Shown here piece by piece: positions 23,131 to 33,723 of a stretch of 64,000 bases of DNA. A program made the position numbers and the translations under genes. Each line of letters opens with the position of its first letter. The stretch's first letter is position 1. The stretch is from Felis catus (Eukaryota). The stretch is from positions 8,930,001 to 8,994,000 of the forward strand of contig NC_058383.1 of NCBI RefSeq assembly GCF_018350175.1, read 5' to 3'. A model generated the notes under the pieces. The model was not told the origin of the DNA and ran no database searches. It saw only the letters and a program-made list of their open reading frames with translations.

Positions 23131-25592
23131 TGCCAGCCTCAGGAGTAACTGAACATGGATAAGCCAGAATCTGTGTTCACACCGACTTGGTGCAGGGGAG
23201 AACCTCAGGGGTGGGAGTCAAACCTGGGTTGACCCCTGCTTCTGCACTTTGAGCCTCCATTATCTACCTTGTAAAATGGAGACTGTGCCGCCTATCTCCT
23301 AGCTGGGGGACCAGTAAGAGTTGTCCGCTTCAACACAGGCCACCGGTCGTGGGGTGAGTGAGGGCAGCAGCAGGAGCGAGGGGAGGTTCCCCTAAGCTGT
23401 CTCTACCGGGGACATGATCTGAAACCTCCCCGACTCTGCCCCCACTTTAAACAGATCTCTTCCCTCCTAACCTCCCTGCTCCATCCAGGAGGTCATTGGT
23501 CAGGGGACTGATTAGAACCTTCTAGCTCTAGGAACTTTGGAAGAGGTCTGGCAGTAGGGGCAGTGCTGGGAGGCTGGCATGAGTCAGGGTGTTCATGGGG
23601 GTCTGGAAGGCAGAGTTTCCCACAAACTGTTCCCTTTTACTCCTCTCTCCCCCTAGAGGGCATGAATGAATGATGGTGGGCAAGAGATTCCGAAGCAGGT
23701 TAATGGAATGGTTCGAAGTAATTGAGGGTTCATCTATGCATGCTTTTCCTCTTACCTACTGTGAAAATTGTGTCTAAATTTTCTAAACCCTTCCTACCTA
23801 CTTAGTGGGTCTCCAAGGAGAATCCATACATACATACCTAAGGGTGGTATTCCACCAAGGCTGCGCATTTGGTTTTGAGTCGATGTGCCAAGCTGAGGGC
23901 GTCCTGCTGTTTCTCATGTAGTCTTTACAATAACCCTGTGGGTTTGTTACTATTATTACCACCATTTTACAGAGAGAGAAACAGTTTAAGGGAAGTGAAA
24001 TGACTCGGCCAGAGTCACTCAACCAACAAGCCAGGCCTCCAAACCACTCGTGTCTGACAAAAGCCTGGTTGTTACCTCTTGCACTACCTATCCTGGGTTG
24101 TAGGGAAATGGGGCGTAGGTGTCTTGAGCCTCCCGGCTGCTGTCCACATGGGGTTCTTGGTCCAGTCTTGGAGCCCACCTCACTTCCTGCTCCTCATTTG
24201 TTCACGTGGCTCCAAGGGCAGGGTCAGCCTTGGAGCCTTGGGGAAGTTTCTCTTCCCTTCTCACCTGGCTAGGTCTGTTTTTATGTCTGCACTCTATCCC
24301 AAGGGAGTGTGCCTCCTTGTCTAGAGGAGGTTACAGCCAGCACCTCTTTGGGCAGAGCATCAGTGTGTAGGAGTATAGTATCTTTTGACTCCTCTGGGTG
24401 ATGCAGGATTTGGGCTCCATTCTCCAGATACTTCGGACCCTCTATGTATAGGGCCCACCTGGGGGTGTGTATAACATCTGGGGGTTCATGGTCTGGTGCT
24501 ATTGTAGAGGGGCAGGAGAGGGAGGGTGGAGGCGGGGACAGGACAAAGGGGGCGTTCCCAAGGCCTCCATGGGCTCAGTGGCCTGGCAGCTACTGGGGCA
24601 GAGGAGTGGGGACAGGCGGGGCAATGCCTGGCTGGATGCTGAGACTCCGAGCAGAGAACAAGCAGGGGTTGGAGGACGAAGATGTAATAGAACTTGGAGG
24701 TGGTGAGTTTGAGGCGCCTGGTGATCAGCCAGGCTGGGAGTTCAGGTGCTTGGAGAAAGACCCAAGGAAGCCGTATAAGCATCTGCGGTACCCGGAGTAT
24801 CTCAGAACTGAGGGGAGGTACTGAAGGTCTCAGGAGTCACTGGTATGTGTGTCATGAAAAAGCCAGAAGGCAGACAGGTGGGCTGGGTGGTGGGGGTTGA
24901 GAGCGTCTCGCAGGTTTCAGGGGCCAGGCCAGGGAGGTCTGGGAAGGGTATGAATCCGGACCTAGGTGAGATCCATGGCACTGAGAGAGAGGGAGAGACC
25001 TTTGAGGCTTAGGCCAAGGCTGGAGAGGGGTGCCCCCGCTCTGTACTAGTACAGCTGGAGCCATCCCAGCCTGCATTCCACCGACAGAGCCTGTCCAGGA
25101 ACTGTCCAGCACCAGGTGCTCCTGAAGAAAGATGGGCTTCCCTCTAAGCCCCCCAGGCCCTAGCCTAGCTTATTGTCCTGGGCCCTGCTGCCTGCTGTTC
25201 TGACTTCTGTTTCCTGCAAGGCCCAGCTCTGGACTCCCCTGCCCTCCACTCTGTCAGAGTGCCGCTTCTCACGGTGGGCATCTCCTCTCGGGAGGCGGGG
25301 CCTAGGTCCCCCACGCCCACCACGAATGCCCTCAAAGGAGAGCTTCCCAGGGACAGGGCCCTGTTGTGAGTAGCACATGCCGCAGACAGGTGTGAACTCT
25401 GCTGGACGCTCCCTTCTTGCCCATGCTGTGACCCCAGACCCACCAGCATGGCTGCTGACATATAGTGGGAAGCCAGCACACATCCAGTGAACGATAGGCT
25501 AGTCACCTCCCTTGCAGCACTTAATTTCTTCATCTGTGCAATGGGCAAATCTGCCCTCCTGGCCGGGAAGGTGTGAGGGGAGAAGGGTTTGA

Positions 25593-25931
25593 GGGGCATC
25601 TTGGGTGGCTCAGTTGATTGAAGGCGGACAATCTGACTTGAGCTCAGGTCATGACTTCACGGTTTGTGAGTTTGAGGCCTACTTTTTTTTAACATTTTTT
25701 TAAATGTTTATTTATTTTTGAGAGACAGAGTACGAGTGGAAGAGGGGCAGAGAGAAACAGACACAGAATCCAAAGCAGGTTCCAGGCTCTGAGCTGTCAG
25801 CACAGGGCCCAATGTGGGGCTCGAACCCATAAACCACGAGATCATGACCTGAGCCGAAGTCGGACGCTTCGCCGACTGAGCCACCCAGGCACCCCAAAAA
25901 TGAATAAACATTTTTAAAAAAGAGAAGAAGA
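25593..25931. mobile_element. Composite SINE: + strand SINEC interrupted by a - strand SINEC_Fc (25683-25895)
   Basis: Outer TSD AGAAGGGTTTGA at 25581-25592 and 25932-25943. Confidence 0.88.
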
Positions 25932-26164
25932 AGAAGGGTTTGAAACAGGGGCATAGCCCAGTTGGATGTGGGTTCTAGGAAAAGACCTCGGCCACACTGT
26001 AGAGCCTGGATTTGTTGGGGGTTGGAGGGGTCAGTGGGCAACAGGGAGGCCAGGGAGGAGGCCTCTAGCCATCTGCTCAGAGCAGTGAGAGGAAGAGAGG
26101 GAATGGATACAGAACATTTAGTAAGTAGAAGCAGAGGACTTTTGATCTTTAAACCATTTACTTT

Positions 26165-26502
26165 TTTTTTTAAGTTTTTTTTTTTAAGTTTTATTTACTG
26201 AGGGAGGGAGGGAGGGAGGGAGAGTGTATTTGGGAGAAGCAGGGAGGGGAGGAGCAGAGAGAAAGGGAGAATCCCAAACAAGCTCCACATTGTCAGTGCG
26301 GAGCCCCACACGGGCCTTGATCCCACGAAATGTGAGATCATGACCTGAGCCGAAACCAAGAGTCAGACACTCAACCGACTGAGCCACCCAGACGCCCCTT
26401 TAAAATTTATTTTCAAGTAATCTCTGTGCCAGGTGTGGGGCTCAAACTCACAATCCCAAGGTCAAGAGTTGCATGTTCCACTGACTGAGCCAGCCAGGTG
26501 CC
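26165..26502 (-). mobile_element. Two SINEC elements
   Basis: Antisense heads ...GAGCCACCCAGACGCCCC (about 26398) and ...GAGCCAGCCAGGTGCCC (about 26502). Confidence 0.88.
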
Positions 26503-27004
26503 CACCCTCCCCCACCTCCCCACCCCCCAGTTATTTAATCCTGTGATGGCCCTCTGAGACCTTTAACAGATGAGGAAACTGAGGCCCTAGGAAGCTGTGG
26601 AGCTGGGATTCAAACCCAGACGCACTGGCTCCCGATCTCAGGCTTTTAACCTTCTCCACTGTCCCGCGTGTCAGATGATCAGATGTGGATGCCCAAGCAG
26701 TGGGGCCCCTGTGAGGGGGGCAGCTATGGAAGCCCCAAAGACTGGGGTTCTATGGGTCCCAGAGTTCGTCCAGGGTTGGGGGCATCCGTGGAAGCCCGGG
26801 GGCTCAGCAGAAGGGTTTTCACCACCTCACAGTGAGAAAGGCCAGGAGTGTATGATAGGCGTGGGGAAACCCTGGGCGCAGAGCTGCCTCCCAGCGCTGC
26901 TCCTCAGCATGGGCCTTGGGCCAGGAAGCAGCCCGTGTGGGAGAGCAGCATGGTTGTTGGTCCCTTCACGGCTGTAGAAAGTGCTGCTCAGAAAAGCCAG
27001 GACC

Positions 27005-27220
27005 CGGGTGCCTGAGCAGTTAAGCGTCCAACTTGGGCTCAGGTCATGATCTCATGGTTCGTGGGTTCGAGCCCCACATCAGGCTCTGTGCTGACAGCTC
27101 GGAGCTTGGAGCCTGCTTCAGATTCTATGTCTCCCTCTCTCTCTGCATCTCCCCTGCTCACACTCTGTCTCTGTCTCTGTCTCTCTCAAAAATAAACATT
27201 AAAAAAAAATTTTTTTTTAA
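27005..27220 (+). mobile_element. SINEC_Fc-type SINE
   Basis: GGCTCAGGTCATGATCTC...GCTGACAGCTCGGAGC...AAAATAAACATT. Confidence 0.9.
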
Positions 27221-30200
27221 GAAAAGCCAGGGCCACCTAAGGGAACCCCCACCCCCCCCCCGCCACCCATACAGGGCCAGAATCCCAAGGGCTCTTAACC
27301 TGCACCTGTCCCTGTCACTAGCCAGAGCGCCCTCCTCCCACACCCACTCTTCAGCAAAGTCCCAGCAGGTTCGAGGTTGTTAAGACCAGAAATCACACCC
27401 ATTTCTGCCCCTCCAGGATCGTGGGGTGAGCACGGATATTCTGTGTGGGGAGGGCGGGGAATTCCAGCCGCCTCCTCCCAAGGAGGCCCTGGTTCAGAGC
27501 CTGCCCCAAGAAGATGAGGACGCGCTCTGGGGGTGGGTGGGGCGGGGACTAGACTCTAGAGCCAAGGCCCGAGGCCCCAGCAGTGACGCAGAGAATGTGC
27601 CCCGTGTACTCTGAGCCTCCGTCCGCGGGACAGACTCAGGCAGCCAGTAGGCAGACGGGACCGCTGGCTGAAGGAACAGCCCAGAGGTTGTCTGCATCCT
27701 GTGAAGGGAGGGGTGCAGAGGAGGGGCTGGAGGGGACTGTCCCACAGAGGCCAGGAGGTCAGTTGGAAGGAGAGCAGGATGGAGGACAGAAGGAACGTGT
27801 GGGGTCGGGGTAGCCGGGTCAGGAAGCCCGGAGGAGAAGACAACAGTGGGCATGGTTGAGGCCACGTGAGGCCTTGTCTCCTCTTCTGGTGCTGGGGGGC
27901 CCCTGGTAGAGACCACAAGCTTCCCCAGCGTGAGTGGCTCGGTGGGGGCGGGGAGCACTGCTCACCCGGTGCAAAACAGAGCGCCCTTAGTTCTGACCCT
28001 CACCACCCCTTCTGGCGCTTGGCCGTCTGGGTGCTCTCCAAGCACGGAGCTGAGCGAGGGTGCAGGCGAAGGGTCGAGGACCTTGGCGATGAAGGAGCTC
28101 GCCCCCCAGGACACCTTTGCAGGGTACTGGGTGGCTAGTTTGCGCTGCAGGGCCTCCTTCCCTTCCCTAGGGGCAGACTGCCTTCCGTGATGGTAAAACC
28201 CCCAGCTGGGGCTCCCACAAACAAGGCCGTGAGGCCTCTGCAGGTCGTGGGCCAGGCCGGTGCCTCCTGTTCCAGCGGGGCAGAGGTCCTCCGCGAGTTG
28301 GATCGATTGGTCGTCAGCCCATTAGCGGGGGTGGCCAGGCTGCCTCATCAATATTTTAAGGCATGACCTGGCCGTGGGGTCCGGAACTGCGTGTGGCAGG
28401 GGCTGATGACTGGCCTTTTTTCTATTCCAATTGTGAGTGCTATTTTTACTACCGGAAGGCCAGCCGCCCCCTCTCCCAGGCGGCTAACCGGGTGGGGGTA
28501 GGGTCTCCCATCTGGGTTCCTGGCCGCAGGGTTAGGAGAGTCCGTGGCTTGGAAAAGTGACAGGCAGGGACTTGACTAGGCTTCCTCCCTGAAGCCCCCT
28601 CCCTTCCCGCTCTGGCCCTGGTGAAATGAGGACGAAAACCAGGAGCCAGACAGGCCGGCTGAGCCTCGGAAACCCCCCCGGTGATGGATCAGGGGAGGGG
28701 GGTCTACCTGGGTGGGTACCCTTTGTCTCCAGCCCCAGTCCTCAGAGAAGAAGCAACCCCTGCCCGTCCCTGGTCCCAGGGGGGTGACAGTGAGGCCCCA
28801 GTCTTCGGTGTCCAAGGGCCGTAACAGTCCCAGGCCTTAGAGGCCACCACTCCAGCAGCCCATTTTACTGGTGGGGAAGCCTGAGGAGACACAGAGCCTG
28901 GCCTGAGACAGAGCCCAGTCCTCCAGTGCCCTCCCGCGCCGACTCAGCAGGTCTCTTCTGGCTGTATGGGGCCACAGGAGGAACTGGGACTCTGCCCATG
29001 GAAACAAGAGGGCCAAGGACCGCAGGGACCATGGGAGCTCGGGGAGGGAGGGCCAGTGTAGGGAGAAGGCTTCCTGGAAGAAGAGGTTTTACACAGTCTA
29101 AACGCCAAGTAGAATGTGAGTAGTCAGTAGAGTGAGGACAGCTGTTCAGGCAGGAGACTGGCACAGGCCAGGACCAGGGGGCCACTGGAGGAGGGAGAGC
29201 CCAGGGCCATCTGGATTCATCCATAAACCTTCCAGGCGAGCCAGACAGTGGGGGCCAGCGTGAGTTCATCCACCCTGCTTCCAGGATCGCTGGGCTCAGC
29301 TTTTCGACGTTGGGGTCTGGTCACCTGCAGAATGGGAGAGGGCCCCATCGCATTCATTGGGTGACACTGGCTGGTCCCTGGAGAGGGCTGGAAAGGCCTC
29401 CTGACTGCACCCGAAGTTAGGGAGGACCCCGGCTCTGCCCGTGGCCGCCCATGGATTATAACATTGCAGAGTCCGCCTCCTGTGCTGTCCTTCCAGGAAG
29501 GGACACCCCTTACCCCCATTTTAAAGTGAAAAAACAGGCTCAGAGGTGGGAGTTGTGGTCATCGTCACTCACCCAGAGAGCAGTGGGGTCAGGCTTTGAG
29601 CCTAGGTCGGCCAAGATCCCTGCACGTGGTCTCATCCCCCGTTTTGGCTCCGAGGGCAGTTCGGTTGGGGACAGTACCTCACTGCTCCTGCCAAGGCCGA
29701 GGCCTCTTCTGTATGGCTTGCAGCCTTCTCTTTGCAGACAGCCACGTCTGGGCCTCTGTCTCCCTGCCTGTAGCTAGTGTGAGGGCTCCCTGCTGGCCCT
29801 GCTGTTTGTCACTTACCTCTCCATGCCCAACCCCTGTCCTTTCTATGTAGCCCTGGCTAGACCCGGGGGACACTGAGGCCCATAGGCTCCTGGCCAGCGA
29901 GCAGGGGTGGGTAGGGGAGATCAAGGCAGTCCAGTCTCTGCCTAGGACGTGGCCACAGCCACCATACCCTTGCCAGATTCTTCTCTTGAGGTCCACCCCT
30001 ATCTCCAGTGAGGGCTAGCTGGGACCCATGCTGTGAGAGCCTCCCCTCAGGGCCCCATGCCTCCACTGTGTCCCCTTCAAGCAGCAGGAAGAACAGGGAG
30101 GACCAGGGATTGATGTGCAAAGAGGCGCACCGGGACTGATTTCCTCCCTGCGCCCCGTTCCCCTGTGGGGCAAACGGGTGTTCACATTCGGTGCTGGATT

Positions 30201-31699
30201 CGGTGCTAGCCCTTCCCAGGCTGCTGTGTCATCCACTCTGACCGTCCTGATGGTACAGGGGGAGAAGTAGGGAGCACTCCCACCTGTGGGGAGCACAACC
30301 ACACGGGGTAAGTGGATGGGCTTGGAACAACAGGAACAGAGCCTCACCGGCTTAGCCGCCGGGCTTTCTCCCCACTCCCACCCCCAAAAACGACCCCCCT
30401 CGGCAGATCAGGCCAAGGCCTTGTCTCTCCACCTTCCCTGGAGGCCTTGCTGGTAGTGGCAGGTGTGTTCCCACCTCCGCCCTCATTCCTGGCATTATGA
30501 CTCAGGCCTGTCTCCTGCCCCCAAGGAGTGTCTATGCTGGATGGGTGGGGGGGGGGGGGCAGACGTGGAAACAGACACCTGGAGCACCCTGTCATTGGCA
30601 CCTTCCCGAGGGGCATACCGGAGGGGACTGTGGGAGCTTGGAGGAGATGGGTGGGGGAGGTCAGGGAAGGCTTCCTGGAGGAAGTGACCCTGGATTAATT
30701 ATGGGTGCCTCAGCCCCCGTTCTCCCCCAGCCCCTTCCCCTATGTCCTGAAAGTCAGCCTCCGAGTTATTGTTCTTGCCTACAGTGAGGTCACTCTTTGT
30801 TCTCCTCCCTCTTCACTGCCATAAAGGCCATCGCAGACCCCACCTCCTCCGGGAAACCCTCCTAACTCCTCGCTACCCTCTTCCGCAGTGCGGGGGCAGG
30901 AGTCGCTGAGCAGACCGCTGGTTTGGAAAACTGTCCTCTGTGCTAAGTGCCTCATCAAGTGGCCCGTTTCCTCCCTGGGGCTGCCCTGTGGTTATTGACT
31001 GCAGATCGATGGCCGAGGTTGCCCCAAGGTGAGAGGGAATCCCCACAGTGCCCTATGGCCCAGAGGCCCCGCAGATGATCTCACAGAAGTGGAGCAGCTA
31101 TTTTTACCAGGCGTTTAATTACAGAGTTTGGATCCCAGAGGAGAGATGAGATGATGCTCCCAGGAGCTGTGAGGGAAAGGCCATGCTGGGTAACGTGGGG
31201 ATCCTGGGAAGACAGGTGAGGGCTTGACCCTCTGTCTCAATTCCCCTAACACCAGGCTGGCCCCTTCAGACAGGGGCTCCCCAAGGCAGGGCAGGACCAC
31301 ATTACCCCACTTATTCTCCACTGGTAATTTTCACCCTGGCCTGGGGTCAGGGGTGGACTACGTACGTACACACAATGAGCTTGCTCTGTGCCCCCATGGG
31401 TGATGGCCACCTTGGGGGACAAGGAAGCAAGGCCGCCCAAATGACTGGCCACACCAGTAGGGTGGCGATTCAGAGTGATGAAGGCTGGATGGGCCTGGGA
31501 GCAGGAGAAAGCTGGCCGACGAGACAGCTGGGATCCCTGTGTTGGGGCCTCTTTAGGAAAACCAGGTTTGGATGGGAGCTCTGGAGGGAACAGGATTCTA
31601 GAAGGTGGGAACACAATAGAGAGTGCAGGCTCCGGGGGTGGAGAGAGACCTGAGAGGGCAGTGCCTTCGGTGCCAGTGTGAAAAGTTGGCTCCTACTTT

Positions 31700-32620
31700 T
31701 CTTTTGAAGCTTCTTTATTTTGAGAGAGAGAGGGAGGGAGAGAGAGAGACAAGAACAGAGCATCCAAAGCGGGCTCTGTGTTGCCAGCACAGAGCCCAAT
31801 GTGGGGCTCGAACTCACGACCCTGAGATCAAGAGCCGTGTGCTCCTGCAACTGATCCACCGCCATTCATTCGGTGTTTACTGCGCCTCCATGGGCATGGC
31901 ACTGGGGACACAGCCACTTAAAATACTGCATTCTCAGGGGAAGGCCGTGGCGGGCAGTTGGGGAAAGGACAACACAACCAAGCAGTGGAATCAATGATAG
32001 ATCAGAGAGGATAAGCATCGTGGAGAGTAGTAAGCAGCCAAAGGGTGTGGAGACACCAGCACTGAGTGGAGCAGGAACCTTCCTTCCTCTCAGCGGAGTG
32101 GGGGGTTGGGGAAGGCTGTTGGACAAGATGGTATATGAGCAGAAACCTGAGGGAGTGTGGGGGGAAAGAATATTCCAGGCAAGTGCAAGAGAGGGTTGCA
32201 AGTGCAAAGGCCCTGGGGCTGGACCCAACAGCAGCCAGAGCAGAGTGGCAGGAGATAAGCTCAGTGAGGTAAGTGGAGGCAGATCATGTGAGGCCTAGGT
32301 GGTTATGAGTAGGGCTTCTACTTTTTCCCTTGAGTGGAATGGGAGCCAATGCAGGATCTGGAGCAAAGGAGGGACCTGATCTGTCTTGTTTTAGGAGTGA
32401 TGACTGGGTGTCTGGGTGGAGAACAGATGATTCGGGGGTGAGGTCAGGTTCCGGGGGACCGGTGAAGAGGCTGCTCAAGTACTGGAGGCCAGAGAAAGGG
32501 TCACGTGGGCCCCTCCCTGGGCGGCAGCCTGGATGATGAGGAGTGGAGGAAAGGTTGGGTTCTTGGCATATTTCAAAGGCAGAGCCCAGCGTATTGCACT
32601 TGACTTCTTCCTGCCCCACT
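31700..32620 (-). mobile_element. SINEC (about 31700-31865) followed by a degraded L2 fragment
   Basis: Antisense SINE, then cattcattcggtgtttactg...gcactggggacacagc...aatattccaggcaag...aagtgcaaaggccctgggg, typical of antisense L2. Confidence 0.7.
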
Positions 32621-32985
32621 GCCTTCGGAGGCCCTCGGATAGGGGTTAGCTTGGGATGCTAGACAACAGGAAGCTCATAGGGACCCCAAATCAAGGCACC
32701 TGGCACCCCAGCCTCTTTCACCAGCCCCAGAAATGACCTTGAGAATGCTCTTTGAAGAGTATGACTGGGGGGAGGGGGCTCCCTCCTGCAGACGCGCCTC
32801 TCTCTCTGCTCCGAATGGCCACAGGACGTAGCCCCCGCCCCGCCCCCACCTCAACACACACACACAGCCCCAGGGAGCCCTGGGGGGGTGGGGGGAGAGG
32901 GGCCGAGTAGTGAGCGCTGTGGTCACAGGGTCACTCCGCACTCTTGTCGCCCACAGCCACAGGGGGCTGCGATGGGACGGGAGCC

Positions 32986-33723
32986 ATGAATGGTGCCGCC
33001 TCCGGCCCCGCCGCCGCCGCCGCCGCCGCCCCCGCCCCGGTCCCCGACTGGCGGCAGTTCTGTGAGCTGCACGCGCAGGCGGCCGCCGTGGACTTCGCGC
33101 ACAAGTTCTGCCGCTTCCTGCGGGACAACCCGGCCTACGACACGCCCGACGCCGGCGCCTCCTTCTCGCGCCACTTCGCCGCCAACTTTCTGGACGTCTT
33201 CGGCGAAGAGGTGCGCCGCGTGCTGGTGGCCGGGCCGGCGCCTCGGGGGGTGGCCGAGCACCCCGAGGCCATGGAGCCCGAGCCGGCGGGGCCCGCGGCG
33301 CTCAAGGCGGCGGCGTATGGCCACTCGCGGAGCTCCGAGGACGTGTCGACGCAGGCGGCCGCCAAGGCCCGCGTCCGCAAGGGCTTCTCGCTGCGCAACA
33401 TGAGCCTGTGCGTCGTAGACGGCGTGCGCGACATGTGGCACCGGCGCGCCTCCCCGGAGCCCGACGCTAGCGCCGCCCCGCGGGCCGCAGAGCCCCCAGC
33501 CGAGCCGCGAGATAAGTGGACACGGCGCCTGCGGCTGTCGCGGACGCTGGCGGCCAAGGTGGAGCTGGTGGACATCCAGCGTGAGGGCGCGCTGCGCTTC
33601 ATGGTGGCCGACGACGCGGCCGCGGGCCCGGGCGGCACGGCCCAGTGGCAGAAGTGCCGCCTGCTCCTGCGCAGGGCCGTGGCCGGCGAGCGCTTCCGCC
33701 TGGAGTTCTTCGTGCCACCCAAG
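32986..33723 (+). CDS. SH2B2: SH2B adaptor protein 2 (APS), first coding exon: Phe-zipper dimerisation domain and start of PH domain
   Basis: GCCATGA start. MNGAASGP...[25 protein letters not shown]...[14 protein letters not shown]|gtgag donor. Acceptor at 32956 or 32962. Confidence 0.98.
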
